A stretch of DNA of 63,031 nucleotides, filler included, from Octopus bimaculoides (lineage: Eukaryota), in NCBI RefSeq assembly GCF_001194135.2. It is 3 parts of 3 records of this genome, joined end to end, with 100 filler letters (N's around TTAATTAATTAA, not from the genome) between each part and the next. Parts side by side here need not be neighbours in the genome. Positions count along the whole stretch, not along the records: positions 51,998 to 63,031 come from NC_068985.1; 2 more parts are not named here. One strand, given 5' to 3'. The notes under the pieces were generated by a model, which was given only the letters and a program-made list of their open reading frames with translations, was not told the DNA's origin and did no database searches. The translations under genes and the position numbers were made by a program. Below are positions 62,983-63,031 of the stretch, piece by piece. The first letter of the stretch is position 1; every line of letters begins with the position of its first letter.

Positions 62983-63031
<49 letters not shown>

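Overview
This is AT-rich, gap-riddled (N-run) eukaryotic genomic DNA made almost entirely of microsatellites and transposon debris. The SINE and LINE families look like those of coleoid cephalopods (Octopus); this is inferred from remembered repeat consensi, not from a search. No intact host protein-coding gene, rRNA or functional tRNA can be supported, and most ORF-track entries are microsatellite or N-gap artefacts. Recognisable elements: two abundant tRNA-derived SINE families plus a V-domain-like SINE; RTE, CR1-like, Tx1/L1 and R4/Dong LINE fragments; several Penelope-like element (PLE) pieces (RT, GIY-YIG, pseudo-LTRs); a decayed autonomous Helitron plus non-autonomous Helitrons; a Tc1 (TRT/DD37E-like) transposase; and hAT remnants. 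The most interesting signal is a set of minimal type-I hammerhead ribozyme (HHR) motifs in PLE-type pseudo-LTRs, all folded by hand. Two of these loci are inverted pairs, one HHR lies directly downstream of a tRNA-like Pol III cassette, and one has a large structured stem-II insertion. Two 100-bp N44-TTAATTAATTAA-N44 spacers are artificial joins, so adjacency across them is unproven.
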